Source: an uncultured Phycisphaerales bacterium (GTDB taxonomy: Bacteria > Planctomycetota > Phycisphaerae > Sedimentisphaerales > Anaerobacaceae). Taken from it: 64,000 bases of DNA. The notes below the pieces were generated by a model that made no database searches, was not told the DNA's origin, and saw nothing but the letters and a program-made list of their open reading frames with translations. This document shows positions 32,466 through 44,063 of the stretch, in pieces. The number at the start of each line of letters is the position of its first letter. Within the stretch, counting starts at the first letter, position 1. The stretch is from positions 128,001 to 192,000 of the forward strand of contig CAVYYI010000005.1 in NCBI GenBank assembly GCA_963772725.1. Reading direction: 5' to 3'. A program made the translations under genes and the position numbers.

Positions 32466-33976
32466 TTAAAAATACATATCCCTTTGCCCGCTGCTGGTCT
32501 GCTCATAGAATTTCATAAACATCTCGTAGAACGAAGGCAGTTTTACTTTTACTTCATCAATTTCTTTCTCGATAAGTTTTTCACCAACGGCTTTTGTTTC
32601 GGCGCTGGCGAAATCATCGAGCCATTCTCTGAAAGTTATTACCGCGTTGAGTTTGCAGAACTGCCCCTCTTTGCCGCTTCGCAGCAGTCCCATTATCCGG
32701 TCGCCGGTTCTCCCGCATCTGTAACCCGCTGTACAAAATGAGGTTATGAAACCGGCCTGTGCCAACTCACGAACAACAACATCAAGGCTTCTGGTATCCC
32801 CGAGGATAAACTGCTGCTTTTCGCCTTCCTGGCATCACCGCTGTCGGCATAAGCTCCGATTCCTATTTTTGTAGAAGCGTCCGTTTGCGTGCATCCAAGC
32901 GGTATCATCTGTCTCCGCATTTCCGCGTCTTCACGCGCAGTAAGAATCATACCGGTATATGGTACAGCCAGCCTGATAACCGTAACAAGTTTTCTAAAGT
33001 CTGCATTGTTAACCAGGTACCTTGAGTTTTGTGTAAAAGGCGTATTGTCCGCAGGCTCAAGACGCGGAAAGGAAATAGTATGCGGACCTATGCCAAACTT
33101 TTTTTCAAGCTCAATGGCGTGATGCAGAAGCGCCATCACTTCAAATTTCCAGTCGTATAATCCAAACAGTACGCCAAGACCGACATCATCGCAGCCTGCC
33201 TCCATCGCTCGATGCATCGCGTAAAGCCGCCAGAGATAATCACCTTTAATCGTGTTGGCCGGATGCAGCTCCCGATAGGTCAGGCGATGGTACGTTTCCT
33301 GAAAGACCTGGAATGTCCCTATTCCGGCTTCGTGCAGCACCTTCAATTCCTCAATCGGCATCGGTGCGGCATTGACATTGCATCGTCTAATCTGCGCAAC
33401 GCCGCGACGTGTTTTAACTTTAACTTCATAAATCGTTCTGAGTGTCGAGGCAATATAATCCACATCTGATTTCGGATGTTCGCCAAATACCAGTATAAGG
33501 CGCTTATGCCCGATTTGACCGGCGAGAACCTCGGTCTCCCTTTTTATCTCGTCGAGAGACAGCATTCTTCTTACGGCATTTTTATTGCTGCACCGAAAGC
33601 CGCAATATAAACAATTATTCACACAAAAATTACTCAGATAAAGCGGAGCAAACGTAACAATCCTGTTGTCATAAACACGCTTTTTTACCTCTCCTGCCGC
33701 GAGTTCCATCTCTTCCAATAATTGTTTATCCTCAACCTCAAGCAAACAAGCCGTCTCATCGGGTGTAAGCGTTTCAATCGCAAGAGATTTAGCCAGAATG
33801 TCACGAACTCTTTGTGCATCTGGGTTTTTATCGCGATTAAGCTGCTGCTCTATCGCGTTATCATCGATAAAGCATTTGCCGTCAGCAAGATATTTAGATA
33901 TTTGCTCGGGGTTTATGCGTTGCCGGCACCACGTTTTTATATTAACAGTTTTTTTGGGAACAGTTCCGCTTACCAT
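32466..33976 (-). CDS. hydG: [FeFe]-hydrogenase maturation radical SAM (frameshift ~32800)
   Basis: FAPLYLSNFCVNNCLYC and GPHTISFPRL; C-terminal SFCTAGYR...FC...RDMYF in the second frame. Confidence 0.94.
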
Positions 33977-33992
33977 ATTTCAGCCTTCTTAA

Positions 33993-35759
<1,767 letters not shown>

Positions 35760-35762
35760 ATT

Positions 35763-38700
35763 CTAAGCATTCCTTTCAGAATCTAATACCTTGCCGTAAT
35801 CGCATCTTAAACATCTTTTCGCCTGTCTGATTGCCTCATGCTCTACCCACGATTGTTCAATCTCTTCGAAGTTGTTGCGTCTTCTCTCAAGAGCAAGCAG
35901 CGGCATCTTCTCACGTGGATATGGAACAGGGTCGGCATTGACATCAAAAGCCGTATCAACAAGCTGCTCGCTTCGCCAGAAGGCGTGGTTGGCTCCGGTT
36001 AGATATTCATCGATACCGACAGCCGCCCTTTCACCTGCCGCAACTGCATGAATTACCGATAAAGGCCCGCTCGCCGCATCGCCGCCTGCGAAGACCCACG
36101 GCATCGCCGTCTGGCCTGTTAACGGGTCTGCCATTATTCGGTATCCGCTTACCGGCTGCAATTCATCACGGTCGAAAAGCTGTGATGAATCAAGCGTCTG
36201 ACCGCACGCGAATATCACCATGTCGGCATCTAACAACCAGGCTCTGGCCGTTCTTTACGGGCTTGCGCCTTCCGGTGCTGTCAAAACCGCCGAGTTTCAT
36301 CGCGTGACATTTAACAGCTTTCACTTTGCCGTTTTCGGTAATTATCTCTTCCGGATTGGTAAGCTCTTTTATCTTCACTCCTTCAAGCAGAGATTCGCTT
36401 ATCTCTTCCATAAACGCGGGCATATCCGCCTGAGTTCTTCTGTAAACAATGGTAACATTTTTCGCGCCAAGCCTTACAGCCGTACGCGCAGCATCTATCG
36501 CGGCATTGCCGCCGCCGATGACAACAACCTTCTGACAGACCTCGACAGAGCCCTTCAGTCTGTATGTCCGCAAAAAGCTCATCGCATCGGTTACGCCCTG
36601 GGCGTCACTGCCTGGGATTTTCAGCCTTACTCCAATTTGGGCAGCCGACTCCAAGAAATACGGCTTCGTATCCTTCATCGCGCAGACTCGACAGCGTAAA
36701 ATCCTTACCAAGCCGTTTGCCGGTCAGTATATCAACTCCCATTTTTTCTATCATTCGAATTTCTCTTGCGACTACTTCATGCGGCAAACGATAAGAAGGT
36801 ATCGTCTGAACAAGCATTCCGCCGGGTCTTTGTTCGGCCTCAAAAACTTTTGGCCTGTACCCAAGGCGGGCAAGAAAATACGCACAGGAAAGTCCCGCCG
36901 GTCCTGAGCCGATAATTGCGATTTTGCGTTTGGCATTAACGGGATTTTCCCGCACTTCCGGCAGTTGAATTGTAATTTCCTGGTCTGCCATAAATCGCTT
37001 TACACCTCGAACGCATACGGCAGTGTCAAGTGTCGCTCTTCTGCATTTGCTTTCGCAGATATGAAAGCACACTCGACCACATATCGATGCGAAAGGATTG
37101 CGGTTTCTATGCAGACGTAAAGCCTCAGCATATCTTTTTTCCGCGACAAGCGAAACAAACCCTGGGACATCGACGTGTGCCGGACAGGCACTCTGGCACG
37201 GAGCGCGAACGAGTCTCGGACATACACCCGCCTCGCAGCGTTTTTCAACTATATGCGCCTCATACTCATGCCTGAAATGTCTGATTGTTGACAAAACCGG
37301 ATTCGGTGCGGTCTGCCCAAGACCGCACAGTGCGGTATTTTTTATCTGGTTGCCGAGTTCTATAAGTGTTTCAATGTCACCTTCCTGGCCTTTGCCTTCG
37401 CAGATTCTATTTAGAATCTCCAGCATTCGCTTTGTGCCGACGCGGCACGGTACGCATTTGCCGCAGGATTCTTCCTGTACAAATTCAAGGAAATATCTCG
37501 CGACATCGACCATGCAGGTGTTTTCATCCATTACAATAAGGCCGCCTGAACCCATAATCGCCCCGAGTTTATCCAGCGATTCATAATCGAGCGGTACGTT
37601 CAAGATGCTGCCTCGGAATACATCCGCCGGAAGGCCCGCCGATTTGCGCCGCCTTGAACTCTTTGCCGTTCGGTATTCCGTCGCCGATATCATATATCAG
37701 CTCACCGAGAGTCGTCCCTACCGGAACTTCCACAAGACCTGCGTTTTGTATCGCGCCGGCAAGAGCGAAAACTTTCGTGCCTTTGCTGCCTTCGGTACCG
37801 TATGAGGCAAACCACTGGCCGCCCTTGAGAATTATTGTCGGTACATTCGCAAACGTTTCTACATTGTTCAATACCGTAGGCTTATCCCACAGGCCTCTTA
37901 CCGCCGGGAATGGCGGGCGAGAACGCGGTTCGCCGCGTTTGCCTTCTATCGATGCCATCAGCGCCGTTTCTTCGCCGCAGACAAAAGCGCCGGAACCCAT
38001 TCTAATTTCCAAGTTGAAGGAAAAATCAGTCCCGAAAATATTTTTACCTAAAAGGCCGATTTCTTTAGCGTCGTCAATGGCTTTTTGCAGCCGCTGAACC
38101 GCCAGCGGATACTCGGCACGAACATAAACATAACCCTGCGCCGCACCAATAGCGTAAGCCCCTATCGCCATACCTTCTATAACACTGTGCGGGTCGCCTT
38201 CAAGAACGCTTCTATCCATAAACGCCCCCGGGTCACCTTCATCGCCGTTGCACAAAATGTATTTGGTATCGCTGACGCTCTTTTTAGCGAAAGACCACTT
38301 CATCCACGTGGGAAAACCAGCGCCTCCCCTGCCGCGAAGACCGGATTTTTTCATTTCCTCGATGACATTATCAGTGCCAAATTCAGTTAAAACTTTTGCC
38401 ATCGCCTGGTAGCCCTGTGCGCCGATGTATGCTTCTATGCTGTATGGGTCGATTTTCCCGCAGCGGCCAAGAACAACCTTTGTCTGCCTGTTAAAAAATT
38501 CTATATCTTTTAAGGTAAAGGCGGCATTGCCGTTTTCATCCTTTTTCCATGCAAGCCTTTTGACAGGCTGACGGCCAATGATATGTTTGGTGACGATTTC
38601 CTCCGCGTCTTTGGGTTTTACTTCCTGATAAAACACATCATCCTTTACTACCATTGCAACCGGTCCGCGTGCGCAAGGTCCCAGGCAACCGGTACCGACC

Positions 38701-38897
38701 ACGCTGATGTTCTTTTCCAATCCATGTTTTTTCAAAGCGGCCTCAAACGCCTCTTTGACTTTTAAAGACCCTGAGGCGAGACAGCCGCCGCCGATGCATA
38801 CAAATATTTTGTCATCGCACATGGCGCCCTTCTTCTTTACGGATTCATAAAGTCCGTAAAGGTCTGTTACATTATTAATCTTCTTTTTACCAGTCAC
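35763..38897 (-). CDS. hydB: NuoF-like HydB fused to GltD/NfnB-like flavoprotein (frameshifts)
   Basis: [23 protein letters not shown] and ESCGKCVPC, then PCQSACP, GSGPAG, GGGNAA, YRR and RCLRC. Confidence 0.9.
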
Positions 38898-38918
38898 TTT
38901 TTCAACTCCTTATTCTTA

Positions 38919-39428
38919 TTATGCCTTTTTCCTGTATGAATCCAATATATCCGCCAGGCCACTTACTTTGACCCGCTGATGCACATCGTCATTGACCATA
39001 ATCACAGGCGCCAATCCACATGCGCCGAAACACCTGCCGATATCCAGCGAAAAAACCCTGTCCTCAGTGGTCTGTCCGACATCGATGCCAAGCTCTTTTT
39101 TCATTCCGTCAAGTATCCCTTTGCCGCCGCGGACATAACATGCCGTACCCAAACAGACTCTTATAAGAAATTTGCCGCGAGGCACAGTTGAAAAAAATGA
39201 ATAAAAACCTATGACGCCGCAAACCTCGCTGTATGGTATGTTCAGCCCATCACTGATTTTTTTAATCGCTGCTTCCGGCAAGTAGCCGAACATTCCCTGC
39301 GCAATCTGAAGTACCGGTATCAGCGCTCCCGACACATTTTTATAATCAGACAAAACTCCGTCTAATTGCGCCAACATCTGCTCTTGTGAAACCTGGCCGC
39401 AACAATTGCAGCCTTCATTATGTGACAT
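38919..39428 (-). CDS. hydC: NuoE-like 2Fe-2S subunit
   Basis: CLGTACYVRG and CFGACGLAP motifs. Confidence 0.94.
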   Translation of the reverse strand: MSHNEGCNCCGQVSQEQMLAQLDGVLSDYKNVSGALIPVLQIAQGMFGYLPEAAIKKISDGLNIPYSEVCGVIGFYSFFSTVPRGKFLIRVCLGTACYVRGGKGILDGMKKELGIDVGQTTEDRVFSLDIGRCFGACGLAPVIMVNDDVHQRVKVSGLADILDSYRKKA

Positions 39429-39475
39429 ATAAAATTCTCCTTTGCAAAAATCCTGACTCTAATCCGATATTGTTT

Positions 39476-41404
39476 CTATTGCTTCAGCAGGCAAAAAATA
39501 AACGAGTTGCCCTTCTCCTTCGGTTCTACCCATATCTTGCCGCCGTGCGTTTCTATAATTTCCCTGGTTATGAATAAACCCAGGCCAGTACCTTTGGTAT
39601 GGCGGGTCTGCTCATTATCCAGGCGCGAAAACCTTTTGAACAATTTTTCTTTCTGCTGCTCCGTAATCGGCACGGAATCGTTGTACACTTCCACCCGTAC
39701 CTCGTTGTCGGCGTCGGAGGCGTTCATAATAATGTTGCCGTATTCAGTACCGTAGGTAATCGCATTGACAACAAGATTATTCGCCACTATCTGCATCAAA
39801 TCGGCATCCGCGTTGACTTCAATATCCGGTGAAATCCTGTTGTCAATGGTTATACTTTTTCTCTGCGCCACAGGAATAAGCGCATCGATAGTCATATCAA
39901 ATACGTCTTTCCTCAGTTTAATAAGGCTCTTATTGGCCTTTAAATCGCCTTTTTCTATCTTGCCGAGATTAAGAAATTTTTTAACCGTGGCGGACAAATA
40001 ATCCAGGTTTCGCGACACCGCTTCCAGTGCATTTTTCTGTTTGTCGTTTAGAGGCCCAAGATACCCGTCTCGCACTGAATAGGCATGAATAACAACAGAG
40101 GACAGAATACCCTTCAATTCATGCGACACAAAACCAATCAAATCGATGTAACGCTTATTTAAATCAGCAAGCTTTTCGTTGGATATCCAAAGACTTTTCT
40201 CACGCTCCTCAAGCTTTTCCGACATATGATTGAAAGATTTAACAAGTTGATTCAGTTCCTTCAATTCACTTTGGGTTTCAACTATATGGCCAAGCTCGCC
40301 CTCGGAAAGTTTGCCGGCAGCCTGAACCACCAGCCTGACCGGCTTGGTAATCTGCCCGGATAAAATAACTGAAGTCGCTATCGCCAATAAGGTTACACCG
40401 GCCGTAATCAGAAGGAAAATAATAATGCAGTTCCTTGCTATATCGGCAAAGGGCTTTTCGAGTATGCCTACGTAAAGCATCCCGATAATCTTATCGTCGA
40501 CCCCTCTTATCGGCTCATAAGCCGTCTTATACCAGCCATTTACCACAAACGCCCTGTTTATCCACGGCTGGCCCTTTTCAAGCACCTGTTTATAGACTTC
40601 TTCAGAAACACGTGTCCCGATAGCGCGGCTGCCGTCACTATTACACACATTGGTCGATATGCGAAGGTCTTCCTGAAAAATCGTAACAGTCCCTATCTCT
40701 TTGCCGCCATATTTGGTATCCAAGTAAATGACAGACTTAATTTTATCCACAATATCATAGTTTTTGTTCAGCAGATTACCGCCGTATAATACACCTATAA
40801 CGCGTCCGTCAGAATCCAGAACGGGAGCTGCGGATTTTATCATCATACCCTGGGTATATGCGACATTAGGGGCAGGTTTGGCTTTCGCCGTGGGAACCAC
40901 CTTAATATGAGCCCGTTCTTTAAGGTCCATGCCCTCTTTTGCGAGTTCAGCTTCTGTAACTATTACAGTCGCGCTTAAAGCCGTTTTTCCTGATAAGACT
41001 CTTTTTACAAGCTCATCACCTGCCTGGCTGTCATCTTTAACAGACGGATTTCGCGACCGGATGATAACTTTACCATGACCATCAACAAGCGTAAGTACAT
41101 CCAGATGCTCCTGCCGCCTTATCTCACTTAAACTGTCCTGAAGCATCGCTGAATCATTCTTTAAAATCGCGTCCTTAATAAAAAATCGCCCCGTTGTAAA
41201 CCGCACAACATCCTCGACCCTGCGGGTCTGCTCATGGTAAACCTCGCGAGCAAAATTAAGATAGACCGCCACCTTAGCCTGGGCTCTGTCTATTACCTGT
41301 TTCTTTATGACAAAATACCCCGCAAGCGCCATCAGCACCGAGAAAACCCCGATGATTGAGACACAGCTTATCAGTATTCTTGTTTTGAAGGATTTTATGG
41401 TCAT
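39476..41404 (-). CDS. Sensor histidine kinase (Cache-HAMP-HisKA-HATPase)
   Basis: Two TMs, RISTNV/RAIGT Cache motif, SHELK, NLVVNA and GTGLGL motifs. Confidence 0.94.
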   Translation of the reverse strand: MTIKSFKTRILISCVSIIGVFSVLMALAGYFVIKKQVIDRAQAKVAVYLNFAREVYHEQTRRVEDVVRFTTGRFFIKDAILKNDSAMLQDSLSEIRRQEHLDVLTLVDGHGKVIIRSRNPSVKDDSQAGDELVKRVLSGKTALSATVIVTEAELAKEGMDLKERAHIKVVPTAKAKPAPNVAYTQGMMIKSAAPVLDSDGRVIGVLYGGNLLNKNYDIVDKIKSVIYLDTKYGGKEIGTVTIFQEDLRISTNVCNSDGSRAIGTRVSEEVYKQVLEKGQPWINRAFVVNGWYKTAYEPIRGVDDKIIGMLYVGILEKPFADIARNCIIIFLLITAGVTLLAIATSVILSGQITKPVRLVVQAAGKLSEGELGHIVETQSELKELNQLVKSFNHMSEKLEEREKSLWISNEKLADLNKRYIDLIGFVSHELKGILSSVVIHAYSVRDGYLGPLNDKQKNALEAVSRNLDYLSATVKKFLNLGKIEKGDLKANKSLIKLRKDVFDMTIDALIPVAQRKSITIDNRISPDIEVNADADLMQIVANNLVVNAITYGTEYGNIIMNASDADNEVRVEVYNDSVPITEQQKEKLFKRFSRLDNEQTRHTKGTGLGLFITREIIETHGGKIWVEPKEKGNSFIFCLLKQ

Positions 41405-41412
41405 GCGATTAT

Positions 41413-42030
41413 CTATGACTCCGCCCCGATATTCGTAAAATAGATTATGTTTTCCAGTTCCGTCTCGAGGCTCAAATTTCGTACCACGCAGCCCACCGGC
41501 GCCTTAAGGCATATAGGGGCAAAATTCAAAATCCCTTTCATGCCGGCATTGAGCATAACATCGAGAACATCCTGTGCCGCAACCTCAGGAACGGCTATAA
41601 TGCCGAACCGAATCGAATTTTTAGACGCATATTCGTTCAGCTCTTCGTACGATAATATTGGAACTTCCGCGTCTCTGTCATGCTTAGTTTTGTCAGTATC
41701 AAAACCTGCGATAATGTATATATCGTTCCTGCGAAAACCCGCGTAATTTAAAAGTGCCCGCCCGATATTGCCAACTCCGACAATAACAAACTGCTGTACT
41801 TTGTCTTTACCCAAAACCTTATTTAATTGCCCAATCAGGTCAACTATGGGATAGCCTCCGCGTCCGCTGCCTGAGATGCCGCACATGGAAAAATCTTTAC
41901 GCACCTGGGCAGCAGTAACTCCGGTAGCATCCGCAAGGTTCTCAGAAAATACTTTCACAAAGTTTAGTCCCTTAAGTCTCAGTACGGCGTTTCGGTATCT
42001 GGAAAGCCGGGTTATACAGGTAGTATTCAT
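41413..42030 (-). CDS. rex: Redox-sensing repressor Rex (paralogue 2)
   Basis: RLSRY, QVRKDFS, GVGNIG and ILNFAP motifs. Confidence 0.93.
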   Translation of the reverse strand: MNTTCITRLSRYRNAVLRLKGLNFVKVFSENLADATGVTAAQVRKDFSMCGISGSGRGGYPIVDLIGQLNKVLGKDKVQQFVIVGVGNIGRALLNYAGFRRNDIYIIAGFDTDKTKHDRDAEVPILSYEELNEYASKNSIRFGIIAVPEVAAQDVLDVMLNAGMKGILNFAPICLKAPVGCVVRNLSLETELENIIYFTNIGAES

Positions 42031-42113
42031 CTTTTTAATCCTAATAAATTCTTTTATTCATTATTATGTTAACCTTAAGAGCCTTATCTGCACTCTTTAT
42101 ATTAATTCTGTAA

Positions 42114-42142
42114 ATGATAGCAATATTTAAAACCTAAATCAA
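42114..42142 (-). promoter_or_regulatory. Sigma70 promoter of rex-HK-hyd operon
   Basis: TTGATT-N17-TATCAT on the minus strand. Confidence 0.55.
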
Positions 42143-42149
42143 TACTTTT

Positions 42150-42167
42150 CTGTGAAATTTTTCACAT
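42150..42167. promoter_or_regulatory. Rex operator
   Basis: cTGTGAA-ATTT-TTCACAt matches the TTGTGAA-N4-TTCACAA consensus. Confidence 0.85.
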
Positions 42168-42290
42168 CATATTGAATATTTTGTTCATTATTGTTCCTTA
42201 TGGTGCATTTAATTTAGCTTATAATGAAGAAAATGCGTGTAACTGTATTTATTACAAAGACTTACAAGAATTGCGATAACAGTCTGGGGA

Positions 42291-42926
42291 TTATTCCGCT
42301 TGCTGGCCGCTCTTTTCAGCGATATTAACAAAGTATATTATATTCTCGATTTCCGATTCAAAGCTGATATTGCTTACAACACAACCCTCAGGTCCTCGCA
42401 GGCAAATAGGGGCAAAATTCAAAATCCCCTTTATTCCAGCGGAAACCATACGCACAAAAACCTGCTGAGCGGCGAAATCCGGGGTAGAAATAATGCCGTA
42501 TTTAATCTGATTTTTTTGAACAAAATCGTGAAGCTCTTCGATAGGCAGTACCGGAATTTGGGCCTGCCTGTCATATTTAGAAGAGTCGATATCGAATGCC
42601 GCAACTATCTTTATATTGCTTGTTGAAAAACCGGGATAATTGAGCAGCGCCCTGCCGAGATTGCCCGCGCCCACTTCGATAAACTGGTGTTCCTTGTCCT
42701 TATCCAGAACCCTGTTAAGTCCCCTGGTAAGTTCGTCAATACGGTAACCGCCCTTTTTGTTGCCGGAAATCCCGAAAATTGAAAAATCCTTTCGTACCTG
42801 CGAGGATGAACCCCCCGTAGCATCCGCCAGATTATCCGAAAAAACCTTCTCAAAACTAAGCGCTTTAAGCCTTATAAGGGCATACCTGTATCGGGAGAGT
42901 CTTATTATGGCGTTTTTGTCCGGCAT
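42291..42926 (-). CDS. rex: Redox-sensing repressor Rex (paralogue 1)
   Basis: RLSRY, QVRKDFS, GAGNLG and ILNFAP motifs. Confidence 0.93.
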   Translation of the reverse strand: MPDKNAIIRLSRYRYALIRLKALSFEKVFSDNLADATGGSSSQVRKDFSIFGISGNKKGGYRIDELTRGLNRVLDKDKEHQFIEVGAGNLGRALLNYPGFSTSNIKIVAAFDIDSSKYDRQAQIPVLPIEELHDFVQKNQIKYGIISTPDFAAQQVFVRMVSAGIKGILNFAPICLRGPEGCVVSNISFESEIENIIYFVNIAEKSGQQAE

Positions 42927-43015
42927 ATTGACCTCATTTCAATGAACCTTTTTTCCTCTTTTTCTTCGCACAAAACCGTATTATATCGCCAAAAACCCCA
43001 AATGCTAAATCATTG

Positions 43016-43033
43016 TTGTGAAAATTTTTATAT
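43016..43033. promoter_or_regulatory. Degenerate Rex operator upstream of rex paralogue 1
   Basis: TTGTGAA-AATT-TTTATAT, just upstream of minus-strand TTAGCA-N17-TATAAT. Confidence 0.5.
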
Positions 43034-43106
43034 TTTTTCGAAATTTTGCATTTTTCAAACCAACTATCCATTTGAAAGTAGATGTAGGCGAACTATAATT
43101 ATAAAA

Positions 43107-44012
43107 TCAGAAGTTTTCCACGACGACGGCAGTGTGTATCGCTATGAGCATAAGGTAATCGAGGTCACTGAGGGAGTAATGCTCGTGAGCCATATCATTG
43201 TCAATATATAATACGCCAAAACAGCCTGTTTGTCCCACAATCGGAGCTATCATCGCCGAACGTATCAGTGTTTTGCCATCTTCGGCAGGCGGTATCCGGG
43301 GCATAAGTATAAATTGATTTTTTTCGACCGCAAGAGCGATTTTGTCCTGGTGTTTGATTTCTTTTAATTCTATAGAAGAACCGTCCTGCTGCCTGCCTGC
43401 TCCGAAGGTCATATCGCCTTTCGGCTGAGTTCTCAGTGCGCACCAGGTATGAGAGGCGTTGAACTGCTTTCTCGCAATGTTTAATAAAACGTGAAGAACC
43501 TCATCGGGGCCTTTTGCCTTACAGATAGCCTCTGTGGCCTGCATAAAGTCCTTTGCCCGTTTTGCCGGCAGTGTAATATCGGGGGCGTGATCGGCAATGG
43601 CCGACCTCACGATAATCTGCTGCTTATCCTCGGCCATCGCGGTAGTTAGGGTGTCTTCCATACTATACGCTGTTTTTGAAGCTATCTCTTCAAAACCCGT
43701 TTTTTTCGCTGAATTATCATCCTCATCTATATTAATCTCAATATCGAAATTGGCGATGCGGACATGGTCTCCGCTCTTAATTTCGTTTTTTTTAATTACT
43801 TTGTTATTCAGATATGTTTTATTCGCAGAGTCAAGGTCTTCTATCATCCATCTGCCATCCGCGGTCTTATAGACAACGGCGTGGTTTCTCGAAACCACTC
43901 TGTCGGGCAGAAAAACCTGGCTGTCCTTATGCCTTCCAATGTAAACAGGGCTTCGTCCGCATTGGAATTCATTGACAACGATTCCACCTTGTCTTACGAC
44001 CAGTCGCATCAA
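43107..44012 (-). CDS. FHA plus GAF domain protein
   Basis: IGR, VSRNHA and DLDSANKTYLN FHA motifs; C-terminal SAMIAPI...GVLYID GAF. Confidence 0.88.
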   Translation of the reverse strand: MMRLVVRQGGIVVNEFQCGRSPVYIGRHKDSQVFLPDRVVSRNHAVVYKTADGRWMIEDLDSANKTYLNNKVIKKNEIKSGDHVRIANFDIEINIDEDDNSAKKTGFEEIASKTAYSMEDTLTTAMAEDKQQIIVRSAIADHAPDITLPAKRAKDFMQATEAICKAKGPDEVLHVLLNIARKQFNASHTWCALRTQPKGDMTFGAGRQQDGSSIELKEIKHQDKIALAVEKNQFILMPRIPPAEDGKTLIRSAMIAPIVGQTGCFGVLYIDNDMAHEHYSLSDLDYLMLIAIHTAVVVENF

Positions 44013-44063
44013 ATACCCTCCCTGAATTTAGCTTTCCAGGTTAATTATATTATATGCAATTTA

